From Octopus bimaculoides (Eukaryota): DNA of 64,000 bases. Under the pieces are notes generated by a model, which worked only from the letters and a program-made list of their open reading frames with translations, had not been told where the DNA came from and did no database searches. Within the stretch, counting starts at the first letter, position 1, and each line of letters starts with the position of its first letter. The position numbers and the translations under genes were made by a program. This document shows, one piece after another, positions 12,470-25,979 of this stretch. The stretch lies in assembly GCF_001194135.2 (NCBI RefSeq), contig NC_068988.1, positions 42,376,000 to 42,439,999 on the forward strand. Direction: 5' to 3'.

Positions 12470-13238
12470 TAATAATAATTCTTTCTACTAAGCACAAGGC
12501 CTGAAATTTTGTTGCGAGAGGGCTTGTCGATGACATCAATCCAAGTACTAGGTTGCTACCTTATTTTCTTGATCCCAAAAGAATGAAAGGTGAAATTGAT
12601 CTTGGCAGGATTTGAACTCAGAACTTACGCTGGAAATGCTGCTAAGCATTTTGTCTACTTTACCAATAAATTACAGTGGTTTCAAATTTTGGCACAAGGC
12701 CAGCAATTTTGGGGGAGGGGTAAGTTAAGTGCATCGACCCTAGTACTTGACTGGTACTTATTTTGTCGACCCCCCAAAAGGATGAAAGGCAAGGTCGACC
12801 GTGACAAAATTTGAACTCAGAATACAAAGATGGATGAAATACCGCTAAGCATTTTGCCTGGTATGCTAACAATTCTGCCAGCTCACTGCCTTACCAATTA
12901 TAATAATCCTTTCTACTAAAGGCACAAGGCCTGAAATTTTGTTGGGAGGGTTAAGTCGATCACATTGACCTCAGTGCTCAACTGGTACTTATTTCATCGA
13001 CCCCAAAAGGATGAAAGCCAAAGTTGACCTCAGTGGAATTTGAACTCAGAACACAAAGACGGACAAAATGCCACTAAGTATTTCATCCGATGTGCTAACA
13101 ATTTTGCCACCTCACCACCTTAATGATGATGATGATAATAATAATAATAATAATAATGGTTTTCAATTTTGACACAAGGCCAGCAATTTTAGTGGGAGGG
13201 ATAAGTCAATTACATTGACCCCTAGTGCTCAACTGGTA
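12470..13238 (-). mobile_element. Head-to-tail array of four SINE family A copies
   Basis: The family core (GATGAAAGG...ATTTGAACTCAGAA) is repeated; units are separated mostly by (AAT)n. The fourth copy is split by a MITE and resumes at about 13790-13870. Confidence 0.8.
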
Positions 13239-13788
13239 CAGTAATGCCTTGATATACAAGTTAATTTATTCCCGGAGACCACTTGTAAATTGAAAACTTG
13301 TAAAGCAGAGCAATAATTTCCCATAGTAGCACTGTTATAAATCGTAATTCATTGGCAGAAAAATATTTTACCGATAAAATTTATAACACTTGTAAATAAG
13401 TGGCAGTAAGACAACAGTAGAATGGTAAAGAATATTTTATGTAAAGTAAAAAGAATGTCAAAATCGTTTATAATGAAAAATATTATTATAATTGTTTTCT
13501 GAATCATTTTCACTCACACTACTCGTGCACACCTTCACTTGTAGACACTACTGCCGATTCACAAGCACTCATAGTAGATTTCTTGTAGATTTCTTTTTAA
13601 AAAACAAGTCTAGAGTTGTTTGCTTAGAAGAAGTTTTTTTGTTTTTTTTTATTCTCTATAAATTTGTCGGTAACACGCAGAAGCATTTGTTATGGTAGTA
13701 GAAACTTTTGCACTTCATTCAAAATTTGGATCTTGTGCTTGAAAAATAAAACTCGTAAAGTGAGTCCTTGTAAAGTGAGCTATTATTG
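13239..13788 (+). mobile_element. pogo/Tigger-like non-autonomous DNA element inserted into a SINE
   Basis: TA|CAGTAATGCC...TATTATTG|TA termini. Removing it rejoins a SINE A sequence (AACTGGTA-TTTATTT...GATGAAAGG). Confidence 0.6.
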
Positions 13789-15173
13789 TATTTATTTTAC
13801 TTACTCTGAAAAGATGAAAGGTGAAGTTGGCCTTGGTAGAATTTGAATTCAGAAGGTAAAGAGCTGTAAGAAATGTCTGCCTTCCATGCTGGCATGGGTG
13901 GGACAGTTTGACAAGAGCTGGCCAGGCAGAAGCCTGCATCAGATTTCTGTAAATGTTTTGGCAGGATTTTTACAGGGGTAAAAGAAAATACAGGAGGATC
14001 AATTAATTATGATTTTATTGAACATATTCCTGTCTCAGATTCACACTTCTTGCAACAGTCCTTCAGTTTTTCTAAGCCCTGTAAAAGAACTTGGAAGGTT
14101 GGGCCTCCAACTAAGCCTTTTGCGATACCCTTAAAGCCTGGAACTTTTTAGTACCCCCTCATATGTATCTTGACATTGACAGTTAACAAGTGTCAGCCAT
14201 ACAAGCAGTGTCATTCATTTCCAATATTCTACATGAACATATCAATGGAGAAGTATCACTTTGCTTGGAAACGAGATGGTTGGTGATAGGAAGGGCATCC
14301 AGCTATAGAAAATCTGCCTCAAACTCCATCCAACCCAGGCAAACATGGAAAAGTGGATGCTCAATGATGATGATGATTTCAGTTTTTGTTCCACGTGGCT
14401 ATTTTTCTCTACATTCCACTGATAATTTCTGACTTTGGTTTACTACATTGGCTGTGTTGTGTATGACAGGCCTTCAGTTCTTCATAACAACAAACAAAAT
14501 ACTTCTCTGTGCTTAATTATGCTCCCAAGTTCAGTTCTGTCAAGGTCGACTTCGCCTTTCATCATTTATAGTGTGGGGAGTCATAAAGTGAAAGTACCAG
14601 TTAAATAGGGAGAGATGGGTTGAAATAATTGATTCCACCCCCACTCCAGTATGTGTGGCCTTGTGCCTTTCTTAGAAACCATATGGATTCTAGGGAAGAA
14701 TTCTCTTTTGTTGATGTTTTTTTATTTTTGATGGGTTCTATCGTAATATTTTGTGTGGTTTTGGTTGTTATTGTTGTTGCCCTGAATTGAGAACTTCTTG
14801 CTTGCTTGCTAACCGAGTTAATAATTTTTTCGTGTTGTAACATGAATTGAATTGTCAGACAAAATGTAGTACTGTTTTGCTTGTGGTACATAAAAAATCT
14901 TTGTATCTCTTTATCCCAATATCATCATCGTCATCACTGCCATCATCACCATTAACATCATGATCGTCATCAGTTCCCATTACCACCACCACCATTCCCG
15001 TAACTTCTATTTTCATCAACAGTACTGTCATCACCATCACTGTCATCACCACCACTACCACCACCACTTCCATCACTGTCTTTTTTTTTTTCTTCCCCTT
15101 TACCCTCTTCAGAGTTGGTTTCCATGTATACCAGATATAACAACACAATGACAATATGAAAACCCCCTCATGT

Positions 15174-15217
<44 letters not shown>

Positions 15218-16568
15218 CTGTTATCCTTCATCCTCCACCTATCAATACTGATTTGTCTCCACCTTGACAGCAGTTGCCATGCCCACAGAATGATACCAGA
15301 GAAGCGTGGACAGATGTATAGCTAGCTAGCTATATGATGATGGTAGTGGTTTAGACACACAAATAAAAACAAATAAAATAAAATCAAGAAATTACTCAAC
15401 AGTTGACATTCTTTTTTCCTTTATTAATTTGTTTATAAATAAATAACTATTGCCACCACAATCACTATCATTACTATCATCATCAACACCACTCTCATTT
15501 TACTCTTGCTTTCTCTATACACTTAAGTTCACTCCGTGGATCTCTCTCTCTCGTGCACACACACACTATCTCTCTCATACACTCTCTCTATCTCTAATGC
15601 ATGCTTTTTATGTGTGTGTGTGCTGATTATTATATGCCTCCACTCTTGTTAATCACTCACTACATTCACCTCTACCCCACCTCCATCTTTAACCATTTGT
15701 TACTCTCCTCTCACTCTCTTACGAAATTATCCCCCACCCTCTTTATATCCACTGTCCATATTCTCTCTTACACTCACCTTCATATCATACCTTGAGACTT
15801 TGCTCTGGCACCTTGTCACTGATTTCTTTATCTTCTCAGTTACTCCCACCTGCCCTTGTATAATGCAGGCTAACCATGTACCTCTATAAGAAGGCATCTG
15901 TATTTGTCCCTCTATCATAGTTTAGCCTTTTAACATCTGGCATAAACTCAATGCCTCCTCTCTCAAATACCCTCCCACCCCCATTTAGTCGAGGTGGGGG
16001 AGGTGATATTTCTTTTGTTTTGTTGTTCTCTAAGTTACTTGGTGTCCTCACATGCAAAAAGTACCCAGGAAGAGCATCCAGCTGTAGAAACCACGCCAAA
16101 GCTAACTGGAGTTTGGCACAGTCTTGCAGTTTATCAGATTCTATCAAATTGTCCAATCCATACCAACATGGAAACTGGGTATTAAAAGATGATGATGATC
16201 ATACATATATATGTATGTATATCTCTTGCATTTCAGTTGGGTTGACTATACCTCCTTATGGTACTTATTTTTGATTTGATGGTGTGTATTTTTTTTATAC
16301 AATTATCATTGAATTTACATTTGTATAGTACAGTCTACATTGCTGTAGAAATTGTGCTTCATCATTATACTTGTTTATGAGTCAACTCTGAGTGAGTAGG
16401 ATTATAATTAATGACATTTCAGCCATGACCATCCCATCATTTTGTACATCAAGGATTATATTCAATTTCAATATAAATAATTTATCTCAACCACAAAATT
16501 ACAGCATATTAATGATGTATGAACAGATAAAACAGAGAATAGAACAATTGTGGTTGCAGGTTTGTAAC

Positions 16569-17509
16569 AAAGACAAAGAATTGGTTGCAGGCCGTCAAGA
16601 AGCCATTGTGATTTTTATAGCTGAAACTAGCAAAAAAAAAAAAAAGAAACAAGTATTTAAAATTGGATTGAAGTATTTACAATTATGAAGGCACATGGCT
16701 CAGCGATTAGTGTCTGGCTCACAATCATGAAGTAGTGAGTTCAATTCCTGGACTGGGCTGTGTGTTGTGTTCTTGAGCAAGGCACTTCATTTCATGTTGC
16801 TCCATTTCACTCAACTATAGAAATGAATTGTGACATCACTGGTGCCAAGTTGTATTGGCTTTGGGTAACATCAGTGGTGTGGAGAGGGGAGGCTGGTATT
16901 CATAGGTATCTGCTGGTCTTCTTTAAACAACCTTGCCTGGACTTGTGCCTTGGAGAGGAGTTTTCTAGGTGCAAATCCATGGTCATTCATGACCGAAGGG
17001 GGTATTTACCCTTTACTATTTACAGTTAAATTGACTAGCTCACTTAGTTGTCTTGAGCCAATGCGAAGGGCAACATTGTTGTTGGGAGATTAAATATTGA
17101 CTCTTAAGCAACATCCTGGTCAGTTATGTACTCATAGTGTTCAGTTTCTTACATGCTCAACATCAGCTGCAAGACTCATGCTTGGAAGAAAGTTCTTGTA
17201 TAACCATCAATACTTGATTAAATGTCTTGGACAAATGAACAATGAGTGTAATCTTAGCTGTATAGTTTGTGTTTAATATTGAACTCATGTACAAATTTGC
17301 AACCACTGGTGCAATCACACCCACCTACTCCTTCAAAGCAATGCTCCAGCATGACCATAGCCTCTGATTGAAATGAGTAAAAGACAAAGAATTGGTTGCA
17401 GGCCGTCAAGAAGCCATAGCTGAAACTGCAGCAAAAAAAACCCCAAAAAAACAAGTATTTAAAATTGGATTGAAGTATTTACAATTATGAAGGCACATGG
17501 CTCAGCGAT
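16569..17509 (+). repeat. Pair of about 135-nt direct repeats (16569-16707 and 17380-17509)
   Basis: Both read AAAGACAAAGAATTGGTTGCAGGCCGTCAAGAAGCCAT...AACAAGTATTTAAAATTGGATTGAAGTATTTACAATTATGAAGGCACATGGCTCAGCGAT, differing by internal indels. Confidence 0.9.
16689..17010 (+). mobile_element. Older tRNA-derived SINE (third family)
   Basis: TGGCTCAGCG A-box-like and GAGTTCAATTCC B-box-like head, then GTTCTTGAGCAAGGCACTTCATTTCATGTTGCTCC, shared with 19716-19915. Confidence 0.55.
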
Positions 17510-18464
17510 GTGAGCAGGCCAATCAGTTTATTCACATCTGAAGATTTTGGTAAAGAGAGGTTTAATAAATTCAATCTGAGTGTGACAACTGTCATGGTTC
17601 TGCACATATCTCTGGTGACATACATCCAAGTACAGTATGCAGGTTAATGAGATAACTGCTGTTTTTTGGTGCCTTGACTAAGTGCAGGAATGACATTGTT
17701 AAGATGGTGGAACTGTGTCCTAAGGTGTTTTGGAGGGGTTGTAGCTATGTTTGGACTAAGCAGTGTAGTTTTCTTAGGATGGGTGCTGTATTATTATTTA
17801 GACTTAGGTCAGCCTTGAAGAAGATTTATTGTCAAAGGTATTCTATTGGGGACCATCCTGTTTTCTTTGCATATCCAGGGCTGTGTCATATCAACGTATT
17901 TGTTTTGTTTTTTTTTAAAGCAATAGTTAGCAATTGAGGGAACTTTGCTGCTATTCCTAGTAGTTCAAATGACCACATAGAGGTTCTCTCATTGGCTTAT
18001 TATTGATGCCTGAGATTTGAGAGTCATTGTGCAGTAATAATGAATAAAGCTCCTAATATATCTGTATAGCTTCTATATTTTGTGCATTTTCATTTTATTG
18101 TGCAGATGATCTGTAGAAATGCAGGAATTGTGATTTTGTCTTCTTTTCATTTGTTATTGGAGAGATTGTGGCTCAAGGCAGGACTAACATAAATCTATGC
18201 TGTATCTATGTTGTTTGCACACTAATGTTGCTGTTTCTTTCTGTCAACTCAATGTGGTAATTGTGAATGCTTTAGTTAGGCTTGTGTTATTTTGCTTTTT
18301 AGACTACATCTATTTGTTCTGTGAATATTGTGGATAGTTGTATAGAATTGATACTGTTTTAGTCTCCATTATGTTGAGTGTGATGGTGGAATGTATCTGA
18401 TGTTTTCTGATATAAATATTTTTTTAGTATCCTTTGGAAGTCCAAGATATATACATAATATCCA

Positions 18465-18804
18465 CTGTGGGTTCAATTCTACAGCACAACACACCTTGGG
18501 CAAATGTTTTCTATTGTAGCCCTGGATCAAAGAAAGCCTTGTGAGTGAATTTCGTAACTGGATACCAAAAGAAGCTCATTGTGTGTGTTTATATATATAT
18601 ATATGTGTGTGTGTGTATGTTTACCCTTGTCTTGACATACAAGTTCCTTTCCAGTCTTCCTTGAGAAACATGTCTGGCCATGGGGAAATATCTTCTTTGA
18701 AAAAGGTGTGAGGGTTGGTAACAAGAAGGGCATCCAGCCATAGAAAATTTGCCTCAACAAATTCCATCTGACTCATGGAAAAGTGGGTGTAAAATGATGA
18801 TGGT

Positions 18805-18805
<1 letters not shown>
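18465..18805 (+). mobile_element. SINE family B long form
   Basis: GGGTTCAATTC...CACCTTGGGCAAATG...AAGCCTTGTGAGTGAATT...RTE-like tail. Confidence 0.65.

Positions 18806-18888
<83 letters not shown>
18806..18888. repeat. (TA)n microsatellite
   Basis: Direct reading. Confidence 0.95.
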
Positions 18889-18892
<4 letters not shown>

Positions 18893-19165
18893 CCATCTCT
18901 GTAATGTATAAAAACATTTTCATGTTTTTTTTTTTAGAGTGAGAATGCTGACAGAAATGACACTTGAAAAAGTATCAAGAATAACTGATAAGATCTAGAG
19001 CATCATCATTTGTCCTCTCATCCATATTTGGTGTAAAAATGTGATACATAAATGTGTTACATATTGCAGAGATTTTTAGATTTGAAAAAAAAAAAAAATT
19101 AAAAGAACAGTTTTGCTGATTAGCAAAAGAACACTACTTAAATATTGTTTTGTTTTCCATTTCAG

Positions 19166-19310
19166 ACAAGGAACAAAAGCTTCCTCAGCTTTGCCCCTTC
19201 CGAAATCTGCATCCGAATTTGTTGAGACTGACAAGTATTTCTTGCCCTTTGAACTTGCATGTCAGTCAAAATGCAACCGCATTGTCAACACTGCTTTGGA
19301 CTGTTTACAG
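19166..19310 (+). CDS. ARFGEF1: BIG1/2 exon, DCB domain: [48 protein letters not shown]
   Basis: TTTCAG acceptor, CAG|GTGAGT donor, 145 nt, conserved [14 protein letters not shown] motif. Confidence 0.97.
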
Positions 19311-19715
19311 GTGAGTACATAGATTAACTGTTTAGCATTTTAACTGGCCACATCCGGTCCGGATATGCTACCTGTTTTATGTTCTAACCAGCCAGATCTA
19401 GCCTGTCACACCTACCCTTCAATGCCATTATAAAATATACAATCACATCGTCAAAATTTTGAAGTTACAAAATAATGCATAATTAATTAAAAGCAATGTG
19501 AATGAAAAACCATTAGACAGAATAATTTGAATGCTCAAGGGTTAACAACCTGTCCATCTCTCCAACAACATACTAATGTCGTTGTTTACATACTTCTCTA
19601 AACCCTAGTCATCTGTACTTATTACTAAGGTCTATTTCCCTCCCCCTCTTTCCATGTTTCTTTTTTTCATTGCTCTTTACTTTTCCATTTTCTTTCTGTC
19701 ATCTCTGTCCCTGAA

Positions 19716-19915
19716 CGTGTGTGGCCTAGTGGTTAAGGTGTTGCACTCATGACTGTAAGATCACGGTTTCGATTCCAGGTTCAGGCGGTGCATTGTGTTC
19801 TGGTGTAAAACACTTCAGTACATGTTGCTCCAATCCACTCAGCTGCAAATGAGTTCCAGCAATAGCTGGGAAGCTAACCCTGTGACAGACTGGTGTTTTG
19901 TCCAGCAGGTAGTTT
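19716..19915 (+). mobile_element. tRNA-derived SINE (third family)
   Basis: TGGCCTAGTGG A box, GGTTTCGATTCC B box, then TTGCTCCAATCCACTCAGCTGCAAATGAG core. Confidence 0.65.
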
Positions 19916-20724
19916 TGTAATCTTAGTTGCTTATTCACCATGCAAAGCTGGTTAAGTTCCAGTTTTATGAGTTCTAAGGCTAAGCCGAAGTCTGTACCTC
20001 CACTTTCTCTCCTCCTTTCCTTTATCCCTCTTTTTTTTTCTTTCCTCCATTGACTACTTTTTATCATGGCTATCCTTTCTCTCTTCTCTTTTCATCTCAT
20101 TTCTTCATTAAATCTCTTTCCTTTCTTTTTACAAACAAATAATGGCAGTGAGAAAAAGAACAGGCTTGCTTTCCTTTCCCTCTTTCTTTCATTCTTCTAA
20201 TACCAAAAACCACCACCCTTTCAGATATGCCCTCCATTTCCCGCCAAAAATCATTTCACTATTTTAGGACCTACTGTTATTTGATCTGAGACCACAACTA
20301 TAATTTATTCTATAAATATGACTAATATAACTTACATATACATTTATGTGTTTGTTTTGCAAAATTCAAACCGTGTGCTGAAATAGATATTGTTATACTT
20401 GGAGATAGTTATATTTTGCCAATAAAATACATACACTATATATTTGGTCTTCATTCCATTTTGGGAATAAGTAGAACAAGAGGAGACATGGGATAGAGAG
20501 TCGCTGAAGACATCACAGGATGTGTGATGAAAGAACTTTGACAAAGAAACTAAAATAATAATGATAAGGGTAAAGTGAGGACCAAATATATAGCAAGTGT
20601 GTTTAATTGACAAAATGTGACCAACCCCAAGTATAACAGTAACTTATATATACATGCATACATTTGTGTTTTAATTTTGTGTATGTTTATATAACTTTGT
20701 GTATCTGTGTTTTTCTTTCATTAG

Positions 20725-20871
20725 AAACTCATTGCCTATGGTCACCTGACTGGCAATACTCCAGAGTCTTCTACACCTGGCAAAAGGCTTATTGACCGTA
20801 TTGTTGAGACAATATGTGTTTGTTTCCACGGGCCGCAGACTGATGAGGGCGTCCAACTGCAGATTATTAAG
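20725..20871 (+). CDS. ARFGEF1: BIG1/2 exon, DCB domain: [49 protein letters not shown]
   Basis: TTAG acceptor, AAG|GTAACT donor, 147 nt, phase 0/0. Missed by the ORF track. Confidence 0.97.
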
Positions 20872-22657
20872 GTAACTTGTTTTTTATAGAATCATTGCTA
20901 CCAGACTTGTTGTTTTTAACATCATCTTTCTTAATATTGTTATGTTCTGGAATCTTGTTTTCACTACTCTGTTACTGTCACTTCATCCTGGTTTTTGTTG
21001 CTGCCATCCTTGGTGCTGTTAGCTTCATCATCTTCCATCTCTATCATTGTTATTACACTTAACATCTATGGCCTTGTTGCTATTGTTGTTGCTGTTATTA
21101 ATTTTCTTCTCATTGTCATTTATAGCTTTGTTGTAAGCATCAGTCTCATCGTTGCCATTGTCTGCCCTATACTCTAGATCTGTCAGCAGTTCAGTTTCAG
21201 TACAACTAAACACGTTACGTAGTCTACTTAATTGAACTAAACAATATAAATACATTGTCATTATTTTGTTGATCTTGGTGAAATTTCTTTTCTGTTTTGA
21301 ATTTAGATCTTACTACAGTCAACTTCGCCTTTCATCCCTCTGAGGTTGATAAGAGTAAACTGCCAATCTAGTATTGGGTCAGTGTAATAGGAACTGAACC
21401 CGCTTCTCACCCTGCCTAATTTAGAAACAAGTTGTTTGTTGCTCAATGGACTGGGCCACTATTACCTATCACTGCACTTGGAAACAAGTGGATAATTGGC
21501 AATAGGAAGGGCATTTGGCTGTAGAATAATTCTGCCTCAACATACTCTTGCAGGCCTGGAAATGTAGACATTAAATTCCTGAAGTGGAGGAAGATATTTT
21601 TTTTTTTTTTTTACTTAAGTTTCAGCTTAGAGCTGCGGCCATGCTGATGCACCACCGTGAAGTTGACCTCGGCGGAATTTGAACTCGGAACGTAGCGACA
21701 AGCGAAGTACCGCTAAGTATTTCGTCCAGCGTGTTAACGATTCTGCCACCTCGAGGTCTATATGTTTATATAAAATTTATAATTCTGCCAAGTTTGATTT
21801 TTAATTTCACCATTGAGGTTGATAAAGTTATTGCAGTCAAGTAATTGTTGATTAAATAGACTACATGTATCTTCTCAAATTTCTGGCCTTGTACCTATGT
21901 GGAAGAGCTGTAAAGAAATCATTGTTAATTTTTGTTGTTGTTGCTCAAATCATGCCTCGTTAAATCATTAACTTTACATTTCATTCATTTGGAGTCAATA
22001 AACTCCTTATCAATCCATGTGCTGGGATCTTTATATTACCATCTGGCCTCGTGCCAGTTTTAGCAATCACTGTGCTACAGTAATAATTGTAACAATAGAT
22101 CATCTGGCAAAATGCTGTAGGTGTGTTTGTTTATGATCTGAGTTGAGAAACTTCTATGATGGACTCATTCTTTCAAACTTCTGGGACTAGTAAAACAAGT
22201 ACCAGTCAATTACTGGGGCCAATACAGGTACTGGTGTGGCTGTGTGACTGAGAAGCAGGTTCAAATCCAATGCATGGCACCATGGGCAAGTGTTTGATTC
22301 TATTAGCCCCAGGCCAACCAAACCCATGTGAGTGGATTTAGTAAGAAGGACACTGAAAGGAGCTGTGTGTGTGAGGATTTCAGACATTTTATTCAAAAGC
22401 TTTGGATCCGATCTGCTCCTGAGGTTTTCCAATTTGGTAGCATTATTACCTGCTGCAGTTGATAGTTATTGTGATTGACTCTTTATCTCTACTATTCAGT
22501 TCTGTTTTGTTTTGATCTATACTACATTTTCATTATATAATCAGGTGCCTCCGAGTTCCATATTATTATCCTGTTGAGATTGACTTTGCTTTTTTATCTT
22601 TTAGTGTCAATAAAGTGAGTACCAGTTGAACTTTGGGGTCGATGTAATTGACTAAAC

Positions 22658-23690
22658 CAGTGGTTCCTAAACTTTTCTTACTCATGGCACACCTTACAAG
22701 AAGTTAGAATATTTTGGTACTCTTAGTGCATAAATTCTAAAATTTATTCAAAAGGTGTTTAATACATATTAGCATAGCATAAACTATAAAGTAGTATATA
22801 GGTAATTAAAGATACAGAAAAATTGCATTACTTTCTCTTTAATATATGAAGCAAAGTTATCAATGAGAAACATTGCGCTTGATGTGTTTTGTAAAACATT
22901 TTCAATATTGGGACATATTTGAGAAAGACAAACCCTCGTTTCCTCTTCAATGCAACAGAGCCTCTCTCTTTTTTGGTGGGTGGATTTGAAATTGAGGGTT
23001 GAAAATCCCAATTCACATGAATACTATGTGGAAAACTGCATCAAAACAGATAAAGCTTTTTTTTTGCTACTCAGGGGTATTCTCCCATAATGGCAATCCA
23101 AAATTTATTAATAGGTAACTCAGCATACTTGATTTTAGTCTGCGATCACTGGATGTAGATGTCAGTTCTTTTTCTTCACATATTTTCAAACCAATATTAG
23201 ATGGAATTTTTATGAAGGGATTTCGAACCCAATCATACTCTTCTGTGTTCAATGGCAGAAAATAAAAGTTTATTTTTTCTTCCAGATTTTTCAAATGTTC
23301 AAATACGATAGGAGTCATTTTTTTATGCAGCTTTTATGTATCAAGGGAAACATTTCGAAGTTTAGCTCTATATTTCCAAATTACAACTTTTTAAATGAAA
23401 TCATCTTATCTGTTGAAGTGAGAATGTTTTCATTTCTACCTACATACTTGTGTTGATGTTATCAAGTTGTGCAAATATCTCTGTTAAATATTCCAGCTTG
23501 GAAACCCAAAATTCACATTGTAGATATTCCAAGAAACGTTCATATTTTTTTTCTTTGAAAAATGCATGCAATTCCTTCTGGAGTTCTTGTATGCAATGTA
23601 GCACCTTACCTTTTGAGAGCCATTAGACTTTTGTGTGTAAAAGTAAGCGCTTGTGTTGGGAATCCATATCAACACAAATTTGTTCAAGTA
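22658..23690 (-). mobile_element. hAT (Charlie/Buster-like) transposon 3' remnant
   Basis: CAGTGGTTCCTAAACTTTT terminus at 22658. Minus-strand peptides MDSQHKRLLLHTKV*WLSKGKVL (HTEVRWLSRGKVL motif), YDWVRNPF and GFSTL...KRERL...RVCLS (hAT dimerisation domain), with stops and frameshifts. Confidence 0.85.
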
Positions 23691-23819
23691 AGCAACACTT
23701 CAACAGTCTACTTTTAATATAATTAGCCATTTCAACAACTTGGTTTAATACTTGCTTTAACTCAACTGGTATTGTTTTTGAAACTTGTACCTCCCTATGT
23801 ATTTAATCCTACCCTTTAA

Positions 23820-24125
23820 GACTGGGGTTGATGTAATCACTTTCCCACCCATCAAAATTACTGGCCTTATCCCAAAGTATGGTAGAATAATTATTATTGT
23901 GTTACGTTAGTAGAATTGTTAGAGATTTGGACAAAATACCTAGTAGTATTTCTTTTGGCTCTTTGTTCTGAGTTCAAATCCCACTGAGGTCAAATTTGGC
24001 TTTCATCCTTTGAAGGTTGATAAAATAAAGTACTGATCAAATACTGGAGGAGGGTGTCAACGTAAGTGACTAACCCCCTCCCTCCTAAAATTGTTGATAC
24101 TGTGCCTAAATTAGAAACATTCATC
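23820..24125 (+). mobile_element. SINE family A, two tandem copies (first partial)
   Basis: Family core TTCTGAGTTCAAATCC...TTTGGCTTTCATCCTTT. Confidence 0.65.
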
Positions 24126-24748
24126 ATTGTGGATAGATCTTAGTATTTTTACACTCCCAAGGGTTGAGTCATAATCAATGACAAAGAGCTATTTGAGATT
24201 TTTTTATCAGCCAAATTTTCTAGTGAATTCTTTTGTAGTTAATTATGTAGTTTTCTATAGTAGCTATATACAAATCTCAGGTCCAGTCTTCTCCAACCAC
24301 GATTTCATTTTCTTTGTTATTTTACCAAGTATCCATATTCGTAGCACAATTTCAACTTTGCTTTTGCAGTAATAATTGTAACAATACATCTGTTTGCAGA
24401 TCTTTGTTTTTCTCAGTTTTTATTATTATTGTTGTTGTTATTAGATTTTACTTCTCAAAGCTCTCGATCTTACCTGCTCCAGTTAATTCTCTGAGAGCAG
24501 ACTGCAATCTGTTGTCAAGGGTCTCTCACGGTCTCTTTCTACAAATTATAAGACTAGGTACTTAGATGTTAAGTATTGTGGAAGATACTTAACACGCATA
24601 TACCAATCTCAAAATCTTCACTGTACTTGATACAGCAGTTTTTTGAGCATACTCTACCCTCCTGTCAATTCTAATTTTTGTGACATATTTCTCAAACTTG
24701 ATTGTTAGTTCTCCAGGTGCCCCTACAACTACTGGGATGACAGTTACC

Positions 24749-24793
<45 letters not shown>

Positions 24794-24795
24794 CA

Positions 24796-25630
24796 TTATT
24801 GCCTCCACCTTAGTGAAAGCGGAGATATTGTTTTCAGTCATGTTTGTTTGTTTGTCCATGGACAAGATCTCAAGTACCGCTGGATGGATTCAGATGAAAG
24901 TTTCAGGGGTATTTGGCCTCATGACTGGCACAAACTGGTTAGATTTTGGAATCAATCCGGTACTGGACAAGGATTCTGGATTGTTATACTTACTTTATAT
25001 GATTATAATCTTGCGTTGACTTTCAAGTCTTTCTCAATTATCTCCAAAGTTTCCAAAGTTTTATTTTCATTTCTCTATTATTAATTTTACTCCTGTCTCT
25101 ATCTTAGTAGAAACTGATGGATAAAGAAATCAAACTACATAAACAAATGGCAGCAAAACCATTCAGAAATTAAACAGCACTAACATATTTTTATAATATA
25201 TATATATTACATACATATTAACACTTTACAGTATACTTACATGTATACATACATTTATACATCGATCTAAAACAACAGGAATAATAAAGGAAGGCTGGAA
25301 TTTAAGAGAAGAGAAAGCCAAAAGGTCTCATGCTATTTATTTAAAAATTCCTAAGTAGAACTTATTATTACCTCTGCCTTTAAAACTATTTTTAATGGTG
25401 AATTTGTTAACTTTGGCTTGTATTAAATAAGGATAAACTATTTATTACTATTGCTAAATTTTCTACAGCTACCTTCACATTCCATGACTACCATTGGGAT
25501 CCATCAGGTACCGGACAAGGATTCTGGATTATTTTTCTGAGTGTTTTACTTAATTTTTGAGAGCAGTTGGATTCATTTTTAATATTCTCGCTTGTGAGAG
25601 CAGTCGAGTTAATTTCAGATATTCTCATTT
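24796..25630 (+). mobile_element. Helentron-associated (HINE/DINE-1-like) non-autonomous element
   Basis: Starts in (TTA)n with a CTCCAC...GCGGAG short hairpin and a GTTT microsatellite. The GGACAAGGATTCTGGATT block occurs twice (about 24965 and 25514). Family call is by recalled architecture. Confidence 0.45.
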
Positions 25631-25694
25631 TAAAAATCATGTCTGACTAATCGTTGAGAGTACGTTGGTGTTGCTTTGGCGGAGGTTTGTGCTC

Positions 25695-25731
<37 letters not shown>

Positions 25732-25736
25732 TACTA

Positions 25737-25945
25737 AGGCAGTGGGCTGGTAGAATTGTTAGCACACTGGACGAAATGCTTAGTGGTATTTTGCCTGTCA
25801 CTATGTTCTGAGTCCAAATTCTGAGGTTGACTTTACCTTTCATCCTTTTGGGGTTGATAAAATAAGTACCAGTTACGCACTGGGGTTGATGTAATCAACT
25901 CATCCCCTCCCCCAAAACTGCTGCCCTTGTGACAGAATTTGAAAC

Positions 25946-25979
<34 letters not shown>

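Noticed and set aside
12470-13238. Regularly spaced repeats superficially like a CRISPR array
   Set aside because: Units are about 200-nt diverged SINEs in a eukaryotic intron; no short identical repeats, spacers or cas genes.
17520-18450. T-rich stretch that might be an antisense LINE ORF fossil
   Set aside because: No convincing RT, endonuclease or zinc-knuckle motif could be read in any frame.
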